DNA of 64,000 nucleotides from Candidatus Latescibacterota bacterium (GTDB lineage Bacteria; Latescibacterota; UBA2968; UBA8231), in NCBI GenBank assembly GCA_963422735.1, contig OY730476.1, positions 1,088,001 to 1,152,000 of the forward strand, written 5' to 3'. A model generated the notes under the pieces. It had not been told where the DNA came from. It did no database searches and worked only from the letters and a program-made list of their open reading frames with translations. Within the stretch, counting starts at the first letter, position 1, and each line of letters starts with the position of its first letter. The position numbers and the translations under genes were made by a program. Below, piece after piece: positions 38,856 to 48,941 of the stretch.

Positions 38856-39894
38856 ATGGCACCACCCTTCCGTTTCGTCCGCCTCAACGCCACCATGTAC
38901 CCAGCCGGAAAGCTGGAGCGATCGCGGTACGCTAAGTTCGGCATCGAACCTGAATACGTCGCAGAAGAAAACCGGCAGGAACTCATTCGCCGGCGAGCGG
39001 GCTGCGCTGCCGTCGCCGTCGTCTCGACGGGCTTGCCCGCGGCGGTGGTCGCCTCGCTGGATCGGTGCCGCCGGATCGCTCGCCTCGGCCACGGCCCCGA
39101 TACGATCGCCGTGGCAACGGCTACGGAACGCGGCCTCGTCGTCTCCAACGCCCCTTTCTTCTGCGCCGAGGAAAGGACCGACCCCATCATGGCCATGCTG
39201 CGGTCCTTGGCCCGCCGGCTACCGCGCATGGAGCGGTTCATGCGCACCGGCTGCTTCCGCCAGGCCCGCGCCGAGGCCACCCCGTTGCAGCGGCTCTCCA
39301 CCTGTGCGCTGGGCCTCGTCGGCTTGGGAGCCACCGGCGAGCGGGTCGCCGGCCGCGCTAGGGCCTTTGGCCTCCGCGTCTTGGCCACGCGCAGCAACCT
39401 GCGGGCACCTCTGCCGGCGGACTTGGACGTCGAAAGGGTGGACCTGAAAACGCGGCTTGCCGAGTCCGACTTCCTTTCCTTGCAGTGGCCCCTGAATGCG
39501 GACCCCTACCACCTGTTCGACGAAGAGCTGCTGCGCAAGATGAAGCCGGACTCCTACCGGATCAACACCTCTCGCGGTGCCTTGGTAGCGGAAGAGGCGC
39601 TCGTGCGGGTCCTGCGGGAGGGACCACGGGCTGGAGCGGCGCTGGATACCTATGAGCACGGACGAGGATCAGACCCCGCAGCATCCCCTCATGGCGCGGG
39701 ACAACGTCCTGATGACGTCCCCCGTCTCCGCCCACTCGGTGCCATCTGGCGAAGACGGGGTGCGCACTGGCGTCTGCCATCTGGCCTCCGTCCTCAAGGG
39801 CTACTGGCCAGCACCGGAAAACATCGTCAACCGAGGGGTGGTGCCTAAGTATCCGCTGAAACCACACGGTGCAGCGCGGTACGCCAGCGCGTGA
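38856..39894 (+). pseudogene. D-2-hydroxyacid dehydrogenase (phosphoglycerate dehydrogenase-like), degenerate
   Basis: LGLVGLGATG, INTSRGALV and GAALD; frameshift near 39655; conserved His residues lost (LQWPLN, LMTSP). Confidence 0.8.
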
Positions 39895-39928
39895 GGAAGT
39901 GGGCACCGTCCCCCAAGAAAGGAAGAAC

Positions 39929-40723
39929 AGGTCCCCGCGACGTCTCATCCTCTGGGTCCTCGACGGACTGCGGTCCGACGGTTTGCAATAGGCCTCCACC
40001 CCCTACATCAACCCCTTGATCCGCCAAGGTGCCAGCACCTATGCGGCCCGCACCGTAATGCCCTCATCTACCCTGCCCTGCCACACCTCCATGTTTCGCG
40101 GCGTGACCCCACAACGGCACGGCATGACCCCCCACACTGGGGTGCCCCAAGTCAGGCCCGTGCCCAGCCTCGTCGAGGTGCTGCACCAAGCTGGCAAGCG
40201 CACGGCCTTCTTCTACAATTGGGAGCCATGGCGCGATCTAGCCGACCCAGGCTCGCTGGACCGCTCGTACTATATGAACCATTGCCACGAGCCGAACGGC
40301 GATGGGGAATGGGCCCGCTTGGCCGCGGCGACTAGGCGGGAATGGACGCCCGATTTTGCTTTGGTCTATCTAGGCGGCACCGATATAGCCGGCCACGATC
40401 ACGGCTGGATGTCGGCCGAATATCTAGCCGCTATTGGGCGGGCCGATGCGGCCATTGGCCCGGTGTTGGAGGGAGTCAACCGGGAAGAGACCGCGGTCGT
40501 CGTCACCAGCGACCCCGGGGGACACGGGCGCACCCACGGCACGGAAATGGACGAGGACATGACCCTTCCGTGGGGGATCGCCGGTACTCCGGGGGCCCCC
40601 GGGCGGTGCTTGCAGGAGCCGGTGAATATCATAGACCACCCGACGACTATTGCCGCTTTGCTAAAAGTAGCACCGGCGCGGGATGGGGCCGGACAAGTGG
40701 TGCGGGAAGCCATAAGCGCATAA
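39929..40723 (+). pseudogene. Alkaline phosphatase superfamily (nucleotide pyrophosphatase/phosphodiesterase), degenerate
   Basis: LILWVLDGLRSD then in-frame TAG at 39989-39991; PSSTLPCHTSMFRG, DIAGHDHG, and VTSDPGG in place of DHGG. The start codon appears mutated to AGG. Confidence 0.8.
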
Positions 40724-40746
40724 CGAACCCGTTTTCCCAGACAACC

Positions 40747-42753
40747 TCAGCGGTAAAAGGGCGGCGGCCTCAGCAGGCACTTGAGGACGTGGGTACCAGC
40801 ACTCATGTAGAGCACACCGGGATTCCCTTCGGTCAGGGCATAGAGTTCGGGCAGGGGCGGATCGTTGAGATAGGTGAGGACGCGGGACGAGCCGTCGATG
40901 CGGAACAGGTCAAAGCGCGTCAGACCGTAGATAAAGCCGTCAGAGGCGCCAATCAGCGGGAACCTCTCGACCCCTTCGGGCACACCCATCAATCGGGTAC
41001 CCTCCGAGCGCAGGGGGCCTATCACTTCTTCTACGACCAACCGCTCTGGGTCGAAAACGAACAAGCGGCGGTGGTCCGTGGTGCCAAAAACCAGCCCCGA
41101 AGGGTGGACGGCCAAGCGGGTTATCGTATTGGCCCCTTCCACCGGGCGCTGTTGGCAAATGCGCTGTTTAGTCTGGGGATCAAAGACGAATAACAGGCCG
41201 TCGCGGGTGGTGATTTCCGAGCCGCGCCCCCCGTAAATGCTGGTGCCACCGTACACATAGCGCTGGTCCGCGGCCACGCATTGCACACTTTGTTCGGGAT
41301 CGAGGTAGATTGCCCTGTACTCGAGGCCGGTTGCGGGATCGTACGAGGCCAAAGAGCCGCCGGGAATGCCATAATTGCTGCGGTTGGCCACATAAATGCG
41401 GCCGTCGGGGCCGGTTACTGCTTCAAAGGGTCGGTTCTGGTTCTGGCCCAACGGGCCCCAGTTGCGCGGATTGCTGTCGCGCTCCGAGCCGGGCTTCCAC
41501 GGCCTGTTCGGGTCGTACACGCCGATGTTAGAGCCGCCGTAGCTGCCGACGTAGAGCTTGTCTTGGTAGGCGTGGACGTGGTAGAGTTCGCCGCCGGGCC
41601 AAGTGTAACCCAAATCGTCTACTGCATCGGTATCCGGATCTATGGCACACAGGTGCATGCCGTAGATATTGGTTCCGTAGATTTTGCCATCGGGCCCTTT
41701 ACCTAGGGCGCATACAGCGCTGCCACGGCTGCCTTGATAGACTGCAAAACTGCGTTCTTCCCGGTCGCCAGTATCGGGATTTACAACAGTGGCGCGGCCC
41801 TCCTCGACTTGGGCGAAGACCAAATGGCCGTCTTTGCTCAGCCCCGATATGCCGACGAAAGGACCTCGGCAAATGGAGCGAATGGCCAAGGTATGGGCGT
41901 CGATGGCCACCAATTGATCCCCAGCCCAAGCGTAAACCACCCCGCGGTCACTGGCGCGGCTGTTGCAGCCCAAGGCTAAGGGCACGAGCGCCTGGCCGGC
42001 AACGGGGCTGTCGAGACGAGCCATTTCGGTGAAATCGGCGTTGAGTACGCGCACTTGATCGCCATCCGCCAAAAAGAGGCGATCCTCTTCAGATACAGCA
42101 CCTGCAATCCCCTCGGCTGCGGGCGGTACATTGCTCAGGAGACCGCTTTCTACATTGTAGATTTTGGCCGGGACGGCCGGATAGCCAATGAGTAGCAGAC
42201 GACCATCGGGCAGCAATTGGATGCGCACCAGGCGGTCGGTGGGGGGAGCAAACGGGCGGCAGAGTTTGTCAAAGCACCGCTTTTGTGGGTCGTAGCAGAA
42301 CAGTTCGGCCCGTTCGTGGCCTCCCATGTACAACAGGCCGGCGTGCTCTTCTATGCACAAAAGGCGCTGATTGCCGGGGGCTGGACGACCCAGACTGCTG
42401 AAGGTGCGAGTCTGGGCGTCAAAGACCATGAGATGATGGCCGTGGTCGGCCGATAGGCCGGACATGATCCGGGCGTAAATGGTGCCGTCTTGGGCTTGGA
42501 AGACGGGGCCGTGCTCGCGGCAGGGCATGGGAAAGACTTCCAAGCTACCGGTGTCGAGGTCGTTGCAAAAGTAGTGCGCCCCGTCCTGAGAGAATTCGGC
42601 GCCCCAAGCAAGGGTGTGCCCGTTGGCGGGATCGTAGGTGATTGAGAAGCCGTTCCACACAGCACCTACAAAGGGGGTGCCCAAGTCGTAATAGGCAACG
42701 CGAGGACGCGGGGTCGGCGGTAAGGTGGGAGCGCGGGAGGTTAGAGCTTGCAT
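40747..42753 (-). CDS. Large beta-propeller repeat protein (WD40/YVTN/PQQ-like)
   Basis: Repeated GPDGKIY / xxYDPxT blade motifs; intact frame of about 668 aa. Confidence 0.7.
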   Translation of the reverse strand: MQALTSRAPTLPPTPRPRVAYYDLGTPFVGAVWNGFSITYDPANGHTLAWGAEFSQDGAHYFCNDLDTGSLEVFPMPCREHGPVFQAQDGTIYARIMSGLSADHGHHLMVFDAQTRTFSSLGRPAPGNQRLLCIEEHAGLLYMGGHERAELFCYDPQKRCFDKLCRPFAPPTDRLVRIQLLPDGRLLLIGYPAVPAKIYNVESGLLSNVPPAAEGIAGAVSEEDRLFLADGDQVRVLNADFTEMARLDSPVAGQALVPLALGCNSRASDRGVVYAWAGDQLVAIDAHTLAIRSICRGPFVGISGLSKDGHLVFAQVEEGRATVVNPDTGDREERSFAVYQGSRGSAVCALGKGPDGKIYGTNIYGMHLCAIDPDTDAVDDLGYTWPGGELYHVHAYQDKLYVGSYGGSNIGVYDPNRPWKPGSERDSNPRNWGPLGQNQNRPFEAVTGPDGRIYVANRSNYGIPGGSLASYDPATGLEYRAIYLDPEQSVQCVAADQRYVYGGTSIYGGRGSEITTRDGLLFVFDPQTKQRICQQRPVEGANTITRLAVHPSGLVFGTTDHRRLFVFDPERLVVEEVIGPLRSEGTRLMGVPEGVERFPLIGASDGFIYGLTRFDLFRIDGSSRVLTYLNDPPLPELYALTEGNPGVLYMSAGTHVLKCLLRPPPFYR

Positions 42754-42941
42754 AGAGGCTCCTGTGATTCTGGCGGGTGGCAAGGATTGGTCGCCTTAAA
42801 AAAACTGCTAAAAGCCGCCGCAAGTCCACCCCCAAAGAGCTTGACCCACAACCAGCAAAGTCTCTTTATTGTGCCCTATATCCCGACCACATGCTGGATC
42901 TCCCCAGCAGAAAGCAGCCAAAAACAAATGGGGTTTTGAAA

Positions 42942-43769
42942 ATGGATGAGGAACAGCGCTTCGCTTTTGATACGTGGGGCTTCCTCACAGTGGAGGATGC
43001 GATCACCCCCGAGCAGGTTGCAGACCTCAAGGCCACCGTCGATGCAAAAGGCCCGGAACTCCACTCGCAGCATGCGGACCGAGGCGGTTTCTGGTCTCAG
43101 GCTTTCGTCGATTTACTGGATGTCCCGGTGGTTTCTGAAATCCTAGAAGAGATCTACGGTCGGGCCGGAGGGCTCCCGCCCTTCCGCATCGATCATATCA
43201 ACGTACACACGCACGGAACCTTCAACAAAAATCTCGCCGGGGGTACCATCCACGGCGGCAACGGACGCTTGCTAGATCCTAGTCGGCCGCATGAGCTAGT
43301 CACGCATTACTTCGCTCGCGATCCCGCAAGCGGGATCTTTGCCAACGGTCTGGTCACCGTGGCGTACGAGCTGGAGGATACCGTTTGTAACGAGGGTGGG
43401 TTCGGCTGTTTGGCGGGCTCTCACAAGGGACATTATCCCGTCCCGAAAGCGTGGATCGATTTGTCCAAGGGCGTGCATCCGATGGTCACTCGCGTACCGG
43501 CTCGGGCCGGCACTGCCATTATCTTCACCGAGGCCCTGTGTCACGTCACGTTGCCGTGGATGGCACCAAGCACGCGGACCACGCTCTTTTACAAATACAC
43601 GGCGCACGGGGAGGCCTATTCCGGCCCGAATAACTTTTTTAGCCCAACGGACGCCGACCAATGGCAAGGCGTGGACGAGCGCAAACGCGCAATCCTGACT
43701 CCCCCACCGCAGGCGTTTGTCGAGCGCAAGGCGGAGCTAGCAGAAAAAACGGCGGGCACTCCGCGGTGA
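42942..43769 (+). CDS. PhyH family dioxygenase-like protein
   Basis: EQRFAFDTWGFLTVEDA, GGFGCLAGSHK and IIFTEALCH. Confidence 0.85.
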   Translation: MDEEQRFAFDTWGFLTVEDAITPEQVADLKATVDAKGPELHSQHADRGGFWSQAFVDLLDVPVVSEILEEIYGRAGGLPPFRIDHINVHTHGTFNKNLAGGTIHGGNGRLLDPSRPHELVTHYFARDPASGIFANGLVTVAYELEDTVCNEGGFGCLAGSHKGHYPVPKAWIDLSKGVHPMVTRVPARAGTAIIFTEALCHVTLPWMAPSTRTTLFYKYTAHGEAYSGPNNFFSPTDADQWQGVDERKRAILTPPPQAFVERKAELAEKTAGTPR

Positions 43770-43791
43770 TCTAGGCGAGTTGGATCGCACT

Positions 43792-44970
43792 TCACGCCAC
43801 CGTTTGAAATCGCTCCCACGCTTCGGCTGCGGCTGCGGCTTGGCGCTCCAGTTCGCTGCGCCAACCCACGACCTCCCCCGCTTTGATGCGTTGGATATCA
43901 AACCCCGCGTACCGATCCTCGAGCGTATCCCCTAACTTCTGGGTCTCGGCCCAACGGTCCCACGCCGTCTTCATCCACTCGTGCGGCAACGCCTCTCGCA
44001 CCGCGGGATCGAGTTGCCACGCATTGCGCGCATCCGCCACCGACGGCTCCCCCGTGAACGGACCGGACCACTTTGACCAACCGATGGACAAGGTGTTGCG
44101 CTCGCGCTCGGGGACGGTGTGCCCGGTGTGGATCGTGGCTCCATTGCGGATGAGGGCTTCCCCCGGCTTGAGCCGGATCGACACTTGGCCGGGCAACGGG
44201 TCCACCCTATTCCAACTGGGCGTGTGCGGCACTTTTTGGTCCTTCATCGCTTGCGGCAGGAGCACGTCGTGCTCAAACGGCGTGCGCCAGCGATCATGGC
44301 TGCCGGGGATGAGCTCGTGGCACTCGTCGTCAACTAGTGCCAAAAACATGCTCACGCCGTTCCGCTCAGTGAGCGCCTTGGCGTTATTGGCGCGGATTTC
44401 TTCCCAGCGGATCTTTTCGACTTCCTCGGAATAATCCTCCGGGCCTTCCCCCCGGTCGTCCCGCTGCGAAAAATAGGGCTTGCCGGTGCCCCACCACGTC
44501 ACGTCGCGGTGCCAACTGGGCCCATTTTCGTGCCGCCGGGGATTGCACCACAGCAGCATACCACTCATCGCCATATCGTCAGGGCCAAGCCCATTGCACC
44601 AAGAGGCGACGAAGTTCAAAAAATCGTCCGAGCCGTGGAACTCGGCAAAGCAAGGCTCCTCAAAAGCGGGATGGATGAGGCCCCGAATCGCCCACGGCTC
44701 ATGGCCGCCCGCACGATGCACGTAGCCTTTTGAGCAGTCGATCTTGCTGTAGCTATGCTCCGGCGCACACGCTTGGGTGACGCGGCGGCCGGCCTCGCGG
44801 AGAATGGGGATCCACGGGTTATCGACAAAGTCGGTAATGATGACGAAACCGTGCTCCCGCAAGTGGGCCAACCGCTCGGGCGTGGCTCCGGGAGCGGCGA
44901 GTTCGGGCTTGGAGTCGGCAAAAGCTGTGGCGCGATAGGTCTCCTTCGCCGGAGATTGATTGGTAGTCAT
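43792..44970 (-). CDS. PhyH family dioxygenase-like protein
   Basis: LREHGFVII, WHRD, LIPGSH and LKPGEALIRNGATIHTG. Confidence 0.85.
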   Translation of the reverse strand: MTTNQSPAKETYRATAFADSKPELAAPGATPERLAHLREHGFVIITDFVDNPWIPILREAGRRVTQACAPEHSYSKIDCSKGYVHRAGGHEPWAIRGLIHPAFEEPCFAEFHGSDDFLNFVASWCNGLGPDDMAMSGMLLWCNPRRHENGPSWHRDVTWWGTGKPYFSQRDDRGEGPEDYSEEVEKIRWEEIRANNAKALTERNGVSMFLALVDDECHELIPGSHDRWRTPFEHDVLLPQAMKDQKVPHTPSWNRVDPLPGQVSIRLKPGEALIRNGATIHTGHTVPERERNTLSIGWSKWSGPFTGEPSVADARNAWQLDPAVREALPHEWMKTAWDRWAETQKLGDTLEDRYAGFDIQRIKAGEVVGWRSELERQAAAAAEAWERFQTVA

Positions 44971-45187
44971 TTTGCTCTCTCTTTCGCTGGATGGGAAGGT
45001 GGGGGCCTAAGCTACGTTTGGCTTCATTGGCTTGTCAACGCGACCAGTCCGAATCGGCCGTGATGCACAGCTCTTTGGGGGCGATGAGGCCGGGACAAAG
45101 CCGCCTCTTCTGATTGATTTCTGGCAGGGTTGAGCGTATTTTGATTTATCTCATTTGACATTCTCGCCAATAGTAGAGAAGAGCATA

Positions 45188-45751
45188 ATGAAGCGTCTGA
45201 CAGCAGTACTCATGCTAGCACTAGGCACTGTCTTGCCCGCGTTGAATCCCGCCAGCGCCCAAGACCCGGAGATAACGGCCAGTGATGTGGTGGACCGGGA
45301 AACTCTAAAGGCCTTTGTCCTCGCAGCGAAGGCGTACGCGGATAAAGCCACAACCCTTTCCGAGTACATAGCTCTCTTGCAGGAACTCAGAGCCGAAGGC
45401 ACTTGGAAGCATGGATCCATATATCTATTCGTCGTAAACACCGATGGCACCATAATTTTTAACGCGGCTACTCCAGAGCTTGAGGGCCAAAACTTGATTG
45501 ACCTTGAAGACGCCAATGGAGTCAAACTTGTCCAAGAATTTATCGCAGCGGCGGCTGAGGGAGGAGGCTACGTCGAGTATCTCTGGTCCAACCCACAAAT
45601 AGAAGGGGACACCGGCTCGCCTAAAGTGAGCTACGCCATCCCCTACTCTGCTCTCGGCCAAAATTTCGTCTTGGGCTCTGGTTTTTATCCAAGATTCCTT
45701 TCTACGGCGGTTTCAGTACCGTCCTGGGGACAGCTCAAAAGTCGCTTTTAG
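45188..45751 (+). CDS. Stand-alone secreted single Cache domain protein with a short C-terminal tail
   Basis: Signal peptide; GSIYLFV, GQNLIDLEDANGV, GGGYVEYLW, PKVSYA and GSGFY; ends STAVSVPSWGQLKSRF. Confidence 0.85.
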   Translation: MKRLTAVLMLALGTVLPALNPASAQDPEITASDVVDRETLKAFVLAAKAYADKATTLSEYIALLQELRAEGTWKHGSIYLFVVNTDGTIIFNAATPELEGQNLIDLEDANGVKLVQEFIAAAAEGGGYVEYLWSNPQIEGDTGSPKVSYAIPYSALGQNFVLGSGFYPRFLSTAVSVPSWGQLKSRF

Positions 45752-45917
45752 TCGCCGCACTTGAACGAGCGATAAGGCAGGGATGGGGGTATCCGGCGAG
45801 ACTTGTGACAGCAACGGCAGTAAGCCAAGATATTGCCCTGCATGCCGGTGATACCATCAATAACTCACCAGATCCCACCCGCAGTTACCTTTAACTAGAC
45901 CACAAAAAGGAGGCCCC

Positions 45918-47177
45918 ATGATTAACATCAGAAAACTCCGCGTCGCGCTGCTGGCAGCGTTACTGGCAGCGTGTGGAGACAAGGACGAACCACTTGGTTT
46001 TGAGGCGGGGCCGCTCGGTGCTGTCGAGGTCGGCGCGGGTGAGGCCGTGCAGATCCGCTCGTTGCTGGCGATGACTCTCGGCCCATCGCCGATGGGCGTT
46101 GGGGCGCGCCGCAGCGTCGAGTTAGCCGTGCGGGATTTTGGCAACATTCACGGTCGCCCTGTCGAACTCGGCGAGTCTATAGACAGCATGTGCTCGTCGG
46201 AGGGGGGACGCACGGGTGCCGAGCAGATCAGCGCCGATCCGCAGGTGATTGGCGTCATTGGCACGTCGTGCTCGGGCGCGGCTGTGGGGGCCGCGCCGGT
46301 GATCAGCGAGGCGGGGCTGGTGATGATCTCGCCGTCTAACTCGTCGCCATGGCTCACATCCGACCTCGCTGGCAACGCCAATCCCAACTACCACCCCGGC
46401 TATTTCCGCACGGCCAATAACGATCTCTATACGGCGAAAGCCGTCGCCGACTTCGCTTATCTCGAACTGGGTCTGCGGCGCATGGTGGCCGTCGACGATG
46501 GCGATGCATACACGGCAGCCCTCGTCAGCACATTTGGCAATGAGTTTAATGCACTCGGCGGCGAGATCGCGCGCTCCGCCCGAATCGACAAGGGCGACAC
46601 GGACATGACGGACGTTCTCTCGGAATTCGCTGCTACCGAACCGGACGGCATCTTCTTCCCGCTCTTTGCAGCGGAAGGCACCCTCTTCGCCGAGCAGGCG
46701 TTGGCATTCGACGGCTTGGAAGATGCGACGCTCATCACGGCGGATGCTTTCTTTGAATCCGAGTTTCTGGGTACGCCGCAGTCGGAGGGCACATACTTCG
46801 CCGGACCGGATTTGGACTACGGCGCGAACGCCAATGCGGCAACCGGCAAAAACGCAGACGAAGTGCGCGCCGCGCATGAAGCCACGTATGGCGAAGACAG
46901 TAATTATGTGTACTGGGCGCACGCGTACGACGCCACGACGGTGCTGCTCAGCACCATCAAATCCGTTGCCGTAGAAGAGGGTGGCAAATTGTACATAGAC
47001 CGCGCTGCCCTGCGCGAGGAAGTGGGTGCGACGACCGGCTTTCAGGGGATTATCGGCGCGATCTCCTGCGACGATTTTGGCGACTGCGGCACCGGGCGCG
47101 TCAACATCTACCACCATACAGACGCAAGCATCACAGACCCCGCGCAGTTGCCAGTAGTGTACCAGTTTGCTCCTTAG
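45918..47177 (+). CDS. Branched-chain amino acid ABC transporter substrate-binding lipoprotein
   Basis: AAGGAGG RBS, lipobox LAAC, VIGTSCSGA, MISPS, YFRTANND and AYDA. Confidence 0.9.
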   Translation: MINIRKLRVALLAALLAACGDKDEPLGFEAGPLGAVEVGAGEAVQIRSLLAMTLGPSPMGVGARRSVELAVRDFGNIHGRPVELGESIDSMCSSEGGRTGAEQISADPQVIGVIGTSCSGAAVGAAPVISEAGLVMISPSNSSPWLTSDLAGNANPNYHPGYFRTANNDLYTAKAVADFAYLELGLRRMVAVDDGDAYTAALVSTFGNEFNALGGEIARSARIDKGDTDMTDVLSEFAATEPDGIFFPLFAAEGTLFAEQALAFDGLEDATLITADAFFESEFLGTPQSEGTYFAGPDLDYGANANAATGKNADEVRAAHEATYGEDSNYVYWAHAYDATTVLLSTIKSVAVEEGGKLYIDRAALREEVGATTGFQGIIGAISCDDFGDCGTGRVNIYHHTDASITDPAQLPVVYQFAP

Positions 47178-47431
47178 AAGCATTCTTAAAGACACTAACA
47201 CAACTTCTGGAAGGACGGGACGCCTGCGTTGTGAGGATCGCCCAGCGGGTTTTGTTGAACTTGCTTAAGTAAAAAGACCTGAGCCTGTATCTTGAACCTT
47301 CTACCGTCCATTGCCAAAAATGCCGTCGTGCTAGGGCTACTTATTGGCAGCCCATCGGTGAGGGCCGGGCGTCTTGTCCCGGTCTCCTTGACAGGTGGTC
47401 TGGCACTTCCAACTAAGTAAAGGCGACACCC

Positions 47432-47700
47432 GTGCTGTCAAGACTCTATGTAGATAACTTCCGTTGTCTGGACAATTTTGAACTCGATCCGCCTTTCTGA
47501 TAGTCGTCATTGACGCGGACACACACGACGCAGGCTCGACGATCCCAGCTTGATGGTGAGTGCAACACTCAACAGGTACTTGCAAGAAAAACAGAAGAGC
47601 TGGTGCTTATTGTTGTTCCGCGACGGAATATCGAGACTTGGTTTGCCTATTTGGACGGTATCCCGGTTGACGAAAAGAAAACGTATCCGCTGTGCCACGA
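47432..47700 (+). pseudogene. Collapsed two-gene ATPase + TOPRIM-like (RloB/DUF4276-type) operon
   Basis: GTG-start LSRLYVDNFRCLDNFELD (AAA/ABC ATPase N-terminus) is joined by a deletion to IVVIDAD...VPRRNIETWFAYLDG. Confidence 0.65.
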
Positions 47701-47829
47701 GGACCAAAAGCTCAAACCACCGCTACTACCGTCATTGGCCGGGTCATGCCAAGACTGTCGCAAGCTCAAACGTTACGTTCGTCTGCCACATCCGGGCGGC
47801 TCAGTTCGCCGACGCGAAATCCACCTTAT

Positions 47830-48060
47830 GATAGATTAGCTCAATGCGGAGTTTTTTGTCCAGTGCTTTCCGGAACTTCCTAGGAATTGGCCGAGTCAAG
47901 CAGACGGTCGAGCGCGGACCGACTGATTTGCATCCGCTTTGCCATCGCCGTTTTGGACCGCTTGTTTTCCTCCATGGACTGATCACGCGTTTCACTGATA
48001 AGGCCCTCTTCTGCGAGGAACTCATCAAAACTGCTGCCGACATGTTTCTTTTATCGTTCT
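47830..48060 (-). pseudogene. XRE/HTH antitoxin remnant
   Basis: HVGSSFDEFLAEEG, SKTAMAKRMQISRSALDRLLD and ALDKKLRIEL occur in shifting frames. Confidence 0.75.
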
Positions 48061-48176
48061 TCCCTGCCCCTGAGCATGGGTTAGTCTGGAGCGGCCCTTC
48101 CACCAAGCACGGGAGGCGATCCATCGCCGGATGCACCAGTTGGGCATGCCGCACTGAGTTGGTGAGGGGTATTGAA

Positions 48177-48507
48177 TCAGACTTTTTGTTCTCCCCGTTC
48201 CAACGGCTCGATAGAAAGTCTTAAGCCCAGGCTGTTGAGGATCTTCTCCAGCGTATCCAGCCGCGGATTGCCCTTTCGCGATAGCACCTTGTACTTGTAT
48301 ATGTGGGCGCGGTTTAGATTGGTTTGCCGGGCCAATTGCTCCAGACCGCCTTGGGTGGCGGCGATGTCCTTGAGCGCGAGTAGCAAGGCCGAGGTGTTAT
48401 AGTCTGTAGCATATTCCTCATAGGGCTACTTCTAGGTACGCTTGGGCGCGTTTTGGATCGCGCAGGAATTCGAGATGGTACTTTTCAAAGGGGACAGGCA
48501 CTTTCAT
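48177..48507 (-). pseudogene. Addiction module antidote (HigA-like HTH), frameshifted
   Basis: MKVPVPFEKYHLEFLRDP...AYLEVAL, then a +1 shift to LLALKDIA...GNPRLDTLEKILNSLG. Confidence 0.82.
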
Positions 48508-48817
48508 TGGGAACGTTCTTTGTAATCAGCCAGATGGGCTTTGGCCTGTTCGATGTCTCTGTGCTGTGTACTTTTATCGCCGCCGCAGAGCAATAGTATG
48601 ATGGTGTGCTCTAAACGGGCGAAGTAGTCCGAAAACCGGGACCAAAGTCGAGGCGCAGTTCGAGGACTCCGCCACCGACAGGTCGATGGTCGCCTAGCAG
48701 TCCTAAGCTCAAACGGCGGAGACGGGCTTCTACGCGAGCTTGGGCGAGGGTACGGAACCGTTCAGCGAAAGGCTGCTTGCCGTTTGAGGCTACGTAGATT
48801 TCAACGGTAAATTCCAT
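48504..48817 (-). pseudogene. RelE/ParE-family addiction module killer (HigB-like), frameshifted
   Basis: GKQPF...RLRRLSLGLLGDHRPVGGGVLELRLDFGPGFR, then a shift to YF...LLLCGGDKSTQHRDI. ATGA overlap with the antidote gene. Confidence 0.85.
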
Positions 48818-48941
48818 TGGACTTAGCGTACTAACAAGCAACTTGCAAATACATCTTGAGCGTACTGCACTAAGGCGACCTTGCTCGGGAATTTGGCGGG
48901 GATATATTGAGAGGCCATTCACCAGAGAAAGAGACCTACTG

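Noticed and set aside
47195-47275. Possible Uma2-family nuclease C-terminal scrap
   Set aside because: The resemblance is short and needs frameshifts, too weak to call.
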